A stretch of DNA of 20,000 bases. Origin: an uncultured virus (IMG/VR IMGVR_UViG_3300024270_000055). Taxonomy: Duplodnaviria; Heunggongvirae; Uroviricota; Caudoviricetes. The notes below the pieces were generated by a model. That model saw only the letters and a program-made list of their open reading frames with translations. It ran no database searches and was not told the DNA's origin. The stretch lies in the IMG/VR virus record IMGVR_UViG_3300024270_000055. One strand, written 5' to 3'. The translations under genes and the position numbers were made by a program. How positions within the stretch are numbered: the first letter of the stretch is position 1; each line of letters begins with the position of its first letter. Positions 15,610-20,000 of this stretch are shown here, piece by piece.

Positions 15610-16248
15610 TCAAAACGCATCAAATTCGTTATCCTGATACTCTGGTAGGTTAAACTGGATGTTCATTGCCGCTTCGTGCATAATCTTATGCAACTCGCTT
15701 TCTGAACACTTGGGCTTATCAAGGAACTCACAGAAGATAGAACCGACCCAATCCCTAGATGAGTTCAACCGCTTTACAGCAGCAGCTATCGTACCGTTAC
15801 TTGACAAGAGCGACTTGGCTACACGGTCTTCAACCTGTTCATCTATGTTGTCGAAATACATGAAGATGTTCTCGGTCATCATTTTGCTGAACAGAGGAAC
15901 TTCACTCATTTCGAGCTTCTGCACGTTCATCTTCATGCCCTCAACTCCGTTAGCCTTGACTTCAAACTGAATGGAAAGAAATGCAATATGCCCCAACGGG
16001 TGAGGTTGCACTATATAAACCCTGTCAGCTTCGGTAGCCATCATTATCTTATACAATTCACCCAACACCTTGCCGATATTGGCACTGCGTTTATAGCTAT
16101 TCGTCCTCTCTTGATTCCTGAAACGCTCAATCTTCAAGTCGGTCAGCTTGTCCTTTGTTTTCTGATTATAGGCAAACCATCCTGTCAGAAATGTCGAAAG
16201 AGCACCACAAATTGAGCCTACAATACCTACTATCATTTCTCCTTCCAT
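15610..16248 (-). CDS. putative holin: single N-terminal TM plus GAF-like domain
   Basis: Immediately upstream of endolysin; TM IVGIVGSICGALSTFLTGWF; L..I...TEADR.Y...HP and WVGSI..EF...AA..I GAF pattern. Confidence 0.65.
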   Translation of the reverse strand: MEGEMIVGIVGSICGALSTFLTGWFAYNQKTKDKLTDLKIERFRNQERTNSYKRSANIGKVLGELYKIMMATEADRVYIVQPHPLGHIAFLSIQFEVKANGVEGMKMNVQKLEMSEVPLFSKMMTENIFMYFDNIDEQVEDRVAKSLLSSNGTIAAAVKRLNSSRDWVGSIFCEFLDKPKCSESELHKIMHEAAMNIQFNLPEYQDNEFDAF

Positions 16249-16262
16249 CTTTCTACTTTGAT

Positions 16263-16309
16263 AAAACAAAAGAGCCTACAATGGACTATAAAGCCCACTA
16301 TAAGCTCTT
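16263..16309 (-). terminator. 17-bp hairpin terminator/attenuator before lysis cassette
   Basis: AAGAGCTTATAGTGGGC/GTCCATTGTAGGCTCTT with G-U pairs on -, then TTGTTTT. Confidence 0.75.
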
Positions 16310-16371
16310 GAATATTATTTGTTAAACAGTCTTTCCATCTCACACGTCGAGTGCATCTTCACACTCCACTA

Positions 16372-16379
16372 CAAAGATA
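16372..16379 (-). promoter_or_regulatory. -7 promoter element TATCTTTG
   Basis: TAnnTTTG with TTTG at 16398-16401 upstream. Confidence 0.7.
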
Positions 16380-16439
16380 CGGAATAACTTTGAATATCAA
16401 AGGGTTATTTAGAAAGAAATATGACTGAAAAACAATATT

Positions 16440-16913
16440 TTACATTATTCTAAAGAGATTGGCAATCAAACCGCCAACAACGGCACATTCAACCCACCAA
16501 CACCATTTGTCCTTCCAAGTCAAAGCCAACATTCCACCTATCCACAAGAACAGCAATGTAACATCCCAAAGACCTTCCAATATCTGCCAAAGAATGATAC
16601 ACACACAGCTTACAACAGCCGAAGAATAGTGAACCAATCCGTCCAACTCCAATCTGAACGAAGGTGCAGCAGATACGAACAACAAGGATGAACAAGACAA
16701 GAATACCAACCATTCATGCCACTCTGAAACCATCGGCAACCAAACAAAGAACATCAACATCGCCTCGATGAACATGAACACTTGGAACAACCAACCTTTA
16801 CTGCCTAAGTCATAATAGGTAGCACTCAGCGATTCGGGTATTCCTTTTCTCATTGAAAAGAGAAGGTAAGACACACACAATACGGTCAGGGTAATTAATG
16901 CTATTTGGTTCAT
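16440..16913 (-). CDS. polytopic membrane protein
   Basis: 5-6 hydrophobic segments; GIPESLSATYY motif. Confidence 0.85.
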   Translation of the reverse strand: MNQIALITLTVLCVSYLLFSMRKGIPESLSATYYDLGSKGWLFQVFMFIEAMLMFFVWLPMVSEWHEWLVFLSCSSLLFVSAAPSFRLELDGLVHYSSAVVSCVCIILWQILEGLWDVTLLFLWIGGMLALTWKDKWCWWVECAVVGGLIANLFRIM

Positions 16914-16956
16914 GTCGATTTAGTTGATGCAATTTTTTATGAGATGAGACCAACTC

Positions 16957-17373
16957 TCATTCATTCAAATACTCCTTATAGAAATGACCTTCATTTATTA
17001 GCCACTCTATGCAGTCTATAATGTTGTCATACAGATTCATTTGTTCAGAGAAAAACACTTCGTATTCTGCCTTGTTGCTCTCCTCGCAATAATGAATACT
17101 GGTATCTAATATCGTTTTATGAAGGCATGGGTTTGTATCGATGCAATTAGGACACATCGCAATCAGACGATGAAGAGACCAAGCAGGAATATCTTCATTT
17201 GAATATATAATCGTTGAAGGTTTATAAGTTGCCAATACAAAAATCATAAGAGTCCCATTGTTTCCTACAAAACATCTAGTCAAATACATATCTGACGTTT
17301 CCTTCCTCAATCCTAAAGAAATAAGTCTTTCCGATTGTTCTTTGGTTGTACAAACTTGCGTATTGAAGTCCAT
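16957..17373 (-). CDS. Bacteroidales phage hypothetical protein
   Basis: CTTKEQSERL..LG...ETSDM...IPAWSL..L family motif. Confidence 0.85.
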   Translation of the reverse strand: MDFNTQVCTTKEQSERLISLGLRKETSDMYLTRCFVGNNGTLMIFVLATYKPSTIIYSNEDIPAWSLHRLIAMCPNCIDTNPCLHKTILDTSIHYCEESNKAEYEVFFSEQMNLYDNIIDCIEWLINEGHFYKEYLNE

Positions 17374-17374
17374 T

Positions 17375-17680
17375 TTATACCTCCTTTTTCTTCAACCATT
17401 CTTCATACTTCTGTTCACGCTCGACAATCATTTGTTCACGTTCCTGTTCTACCTTTCCTCTTTGCTTGTCCGCATACAGTTTCTTGGCAAAGTCAATTAC
17501 TTCGTCACGAAAACTCCTCGCTTCTTCTGATGAATAAAAGAAAAAGCCATTCTTCTTAGCCATATCCATTATCCACTTCGCAGATGTTGGTATTACTTCA
17601 TTTTCATAACAGAAAAGTCTTTCACCGACAGTTTCATGTGACATATCTCCTATCACTATTGCATGCAGTTTCTTTTTCAT
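17375..17680 (-). CDS. hypothetical protein
   Basis: 101 aa; promoter TATCTTTG at 17700-17707. Confidence 0.7.
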   Translation of the reverse strand: MKKKLHAIVIGDMSHETVGERLFCYENEVIPTSAKWIMDMAKKNGFFFYSSEEARSFRDEVIDFAKKLYADKQRGKVEQEREQMIVEREQKYEEWLKKKEV

Positions 17681-17712
17681 AAGCTAGCTATATTTTCCAC
17701 AAAGATAGCAAA

Positions 17713-17745
17713 AAGAAAGGGAAACACTTCAAGCGTTTCCCTGAT
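17713..17745 (-). terminator. terminator of higBA
   Basis: AGGGAAAC...GTTTCCCT then TTCTTTTT on -. Confidence 0.8.
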
Positions 17746-17774
17746 TTTTGAAGAATGCCCTACTGGGCGGGTTG

Positions 17775-18875
17775 TTAGTTTATTTTTCCCGAACGATAAG
17801 CCTTCACATTCCAAACATTACTTTCGAACTTGTAACGGGAAACGGCTATGCTTTTTGATACGCCATACTTCTCGGCTTCGTCAGCTATACACTTTGCAAT
17901 GACATGAGGGTAAGTACTCTTCGGTCGAACGCTCATAATGGATTTCCAAACGCTTACAGGTATCAACATATCCCTAGCATAGTCATTGGCTTCCTTCTCG
18001 TAAGGGCTTTCTTCGTAGCCGTCGTAAGAGATGAAACCCATACACCCGTCACCCAAATGATGCTCGATATGACATAACTCATGCAATATAGTAAATGCCA
18101 AAGAATCAATATCATTCCTTCTGTATGTCACCACAATTACAGGTCTGCCGTATCTTATTGTGCAATATGCATCTATCGGAGCCTTCTCCATCTTCTCGAC
18201 AAAGCAATAACCTATTCCACGACCGTTAAGGCAATCCTGTATGGATTTCTTTGTCAGCAACCCTTTGTTTGCCATGCTTGCTATTTCCACTGCGGAAGAG
18301 TGTGCATTCCCTTTTTCGTATTCCGTATCAAGAACCACATCCCTTGCTGCCATATTGGCAAACACAATCCATGTACGCATATTCTTCTCGTCTATCTGAC
18401 ACTTCGAACTATGCTTGAAGAAACCCTCGTCCTGAGAATCAATTGCAGCTTCCGAGCAAGCGTTCCCTACCATTCTTCTCATCTTGGAAAGCCTGTCCTT
18501 TGCCGTTATGCAACGGATATCCAACCGCTTGTACAAGATAGCGGTATTGAAGAATGAAGAAAAGGACTGTTCTTCATAGATGGCTTGCTGTTCTTCCTTG
18601 TTTCGCTTGGCGATAGCTTGCATGTCGTAATAATAATCGTCTTGAAGCCCGACCCATGTCTTGTAGCTGATGCCAAGATACTCTTCCAACTTTAGAGCCA
18701 ACTCCTTTGTGATGTCACGCTTCCCCTTAATCACCGCATTCAGATGTGTGGCTTGCATGCCTATCATCTTGGCAAAGTCCTTCTGTTTGATTCCACGAGC
18801 TTCAAGTTCGGCTCCAAGGGATGAACCCGGGTGAACCGCCACAAACGGAATGATTCTTTCATTTTTTGTTTCCAT
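17775..18875 (-). CDS. higA: HigA-family antitoxin (XRE HTH) fused to ImmA/IrrE metallopeptidase
   Basis: HPGSSL..EL..RGIKQKDFA...LNAVIKGKRDIT..LA..LE; FTILHELCH...EKEANDYA. Confidence 0.9.
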   Translation of the reverse strand: METKNERIIPFVAVHPGSSLGAELEARGIKQKDFAKMIGMQATHLNAVIKGKRDITKELALKLEEYLGISYKTWVGLQDDYYYDMQAIAKRNKEEQQAIYEEQSFSSFFNTAILYKRLDIRCITAKDRLSKMRRMVGNACSEAAIDSQDEGFFKHSSKCQIDEKNMRTWIVFANMAARDVVLDTEYEKGNAHSSAVEIASMANKGLLTKKSIQDCLNGRGIGYCFVEKMEKAPIDAYCTIRYGRPVIVVTYRRNDIDSLAFTILHELCHIEHHLGDGCMGFISYDGYEESPYEKEANDYARDMLIPVSVWKSIMSVRPKSTYPHVIAKCIADEAEKYGVSKSIAVSRYKFESNVWNVKAYRSGKIN

Positions 18876-19188
18876 AATGCTCTTGGTTTAATTCTATCAA
18901 TTTAATTCTAATTCCACCTTCATGCTCTGTAAAAATCAGTCTTTCGACCCTGTTCCTTATCGGACGGACTGAGCTGTAGCCACTATAGTCATATTTCAAT
19001 TTCTCGTAGCACATCCAACTGAACTGTGCCAATTCGGATACACTTTCAACTCGTTGCATGTGGCTTATTACAAGCAACAGCCTTTCTATAAAAGCCTTAT
19101 CCTTGCATAGTTTCTTATATGCTTTCTTGGTAGTCTTGCCCGTCTCGACAATTTCTTGCAACCCAATATCTTCAAATTCTACAACCAT
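18859..19188 (-). CDS. higB: HigB/RelE-family toxin
   Basis: VEFED..L......YEKLKYDYSGYSSVR...RVERLIF...IEL..EHYG; overlaps higA start. Confidence 0.85.
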   Translation of the reverse strand: MVVEFEDIGLQEIVETGKTTKKAYKKLCKDKAFIERLLLVISHMQRVESVSELAQFSWMCYEKLKYDYSGYSSVRPIRNRVERLIFTEHEGGIRIKLIELNQEHYGNKK

Positions 19189-19202
19189 ATCTAAAAATTT
19201 GA

Positions 19203-19233
19203 TATGCAAATATACTAAAAGTTATGCAAATAT
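19203..19233 (-). promoter_or_regulatory. higBA promoter with repeated 11-mer
   Basis: TATATTTG at 19207-19214; TATGCAAATAT at 19203 and 19223. Confidence 0.6.
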
Positions 19234-19294
19234 GGTAATTTTTAAAGACTTATTTATATTATTTAGAGGAATTATAATTATATAAACCCTTTTC

Positions 19295-19424
19295 AAAACA
19301 AGACAAGAGAACCATTCCGATGATTCTCTTGTACCCTGAAGTATCCCAGTTGCGGCGGAACTGGTATATGCAGCTTTAGGCATAGTTTAATAACCACACC
19401 TACAATAACTTGCATTCAAGGGTA
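19295..19424 (-). ncRNA. candidate three-way-junction RNA followed by terminator-like hairpin
   Basis: P1 TACCCTTGAA/TTCAGGGTA, P2 TAGGTGTGGTT/AACTATGCCTA, P3 CCAGTT/AACTGG; ACAAGAGAA/TTCTCTTGT hairpin. Confidence 0.5.
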
Positions 19425-19435
19425 TTGACGTACAT

Positions 19436-19660
19436 CTACCTAGTCTTGAAATACAGATACCAAACGACCGCCAACAAGACATAGATGGAAGACAAGCAAT
19501 ACACCAAGACTGAATGGGTTCTTTCCATAAAAACCATGCCAAAGGTCAAGGCTACCGCACATATCGTACACATCACGGCCATGACACACCACCAGTCAAC
19601 CGAATCTACGGCTGTAGTTCTGCTCTTCGGAGCTGGACACACCCATGTTTTACCTATCAT
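19436..19660 (-). CDS. small 2-TM membrane protein
   Basis: 74 aa, two hydrophobic segments. Confidence 0.6.
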   Translation of the reverse strand: MIGKTWVCPAPKSRTTAVDSVDWWCVMAVMCTICAVALTFGMVFMERTHSVLVYCLSSIYVLLAVVWYLYFKTR

Positions 19661-19710
19661 GTTATAAATTCTATTAAAAGTATTAAACTCTATTCAAATT
19701 CTTTAATAAG

Positions 19711-19836
19711 TTACGCATTCCGTAAATACGGATTGCTGCACCTTACAGGGCTTAACAGAAGCCCGCTACCGATTATCCTTGATGTTATCTCGGAATCACC
19801 GACTACTTTTCTGAGGATGTTTACCGCTCCGTTCAT
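19711..19836 (-). CDS. 41-aa peptide with own promoter
   Basis: MNGAVNILRKVVGDSEITSRIIGSGLLLSPVRCSNPYLRNA*; TAACTTTG at 19854-19861 and A-rich leader. Confidence 0.45.
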   Translation of the reverse strand: MNGAVNILRKVVGDSEITSRIIGSGLLLSPVRCSNPYLRNA

Positions 19837-19933
19837 ATACTTCTATTTTTTCACAAAGTTACAGAATTTGAACGAAACAACTTGTATTTCTGCCCAAGAA
19901 TAATTTCCTTTGCAGAAACAAACAGCAATAGCC

Positions 19934-20000
19934 ATGAAACAATATACCCAAGAAGAAATTGATTTCATACAGCGATGGATGAACGGTGAAAGAAACGTAG
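19934..20000 (+). CDS. start of divergent ORF (truncated)
   Basis: MKQYTQEEIDFIQRWMNGERNV..., open to window end. Confidence 0.4.
   Translation, partial: MKQYTQEEIDFIQRWMNGERNV

Noticed and set aside
1..20000. TAG stop-codon recoding
   Set aside because: Known genes are intact in code 11 and ssb ends with TAG straight after DLPF

Overview
Segment of a Bacteroidales-type (gut Bacteroides/Prevotella-like) phage or prophage; the host is inferred from repeated TAnnTTTG promoter elements and the gene families. Bases 1-8158 are a + strand early/middle operon of small overlapping genes plus a ThyX-like protein, dUTPase, a DUF5664-like dNTP diphosphohydrolase, a NUMOD1-like protein and SSB, interrupted by one reverse-strand membrane moron. 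From 8213 to about 19860 genes run on the - strand: HigBA-IrrE and HicAB toxin-antitoxin modules, a lysis cassette (GAF-type holin candidate, GH108 endolysin, unimolecular spanin candidate), a stand-alone DnaA-domain-IV-like HTH protein, and an uncharacterised operon of about 9 genes with a free-standing GIY-YIG homing endonuclease inserted in it. The intergenic DNA is unusually structured: several promoter-short RNA-terminator units, hairpins whose loops are antisense to the neighbouring translation start, and 11-bp phased DnaA-box-like repeats. The best candidate new system is the HTH regulator plus phased repeats plus the unknown operon, under RNA-level control. All family calls come from motif recognition by eye; no searches were run.
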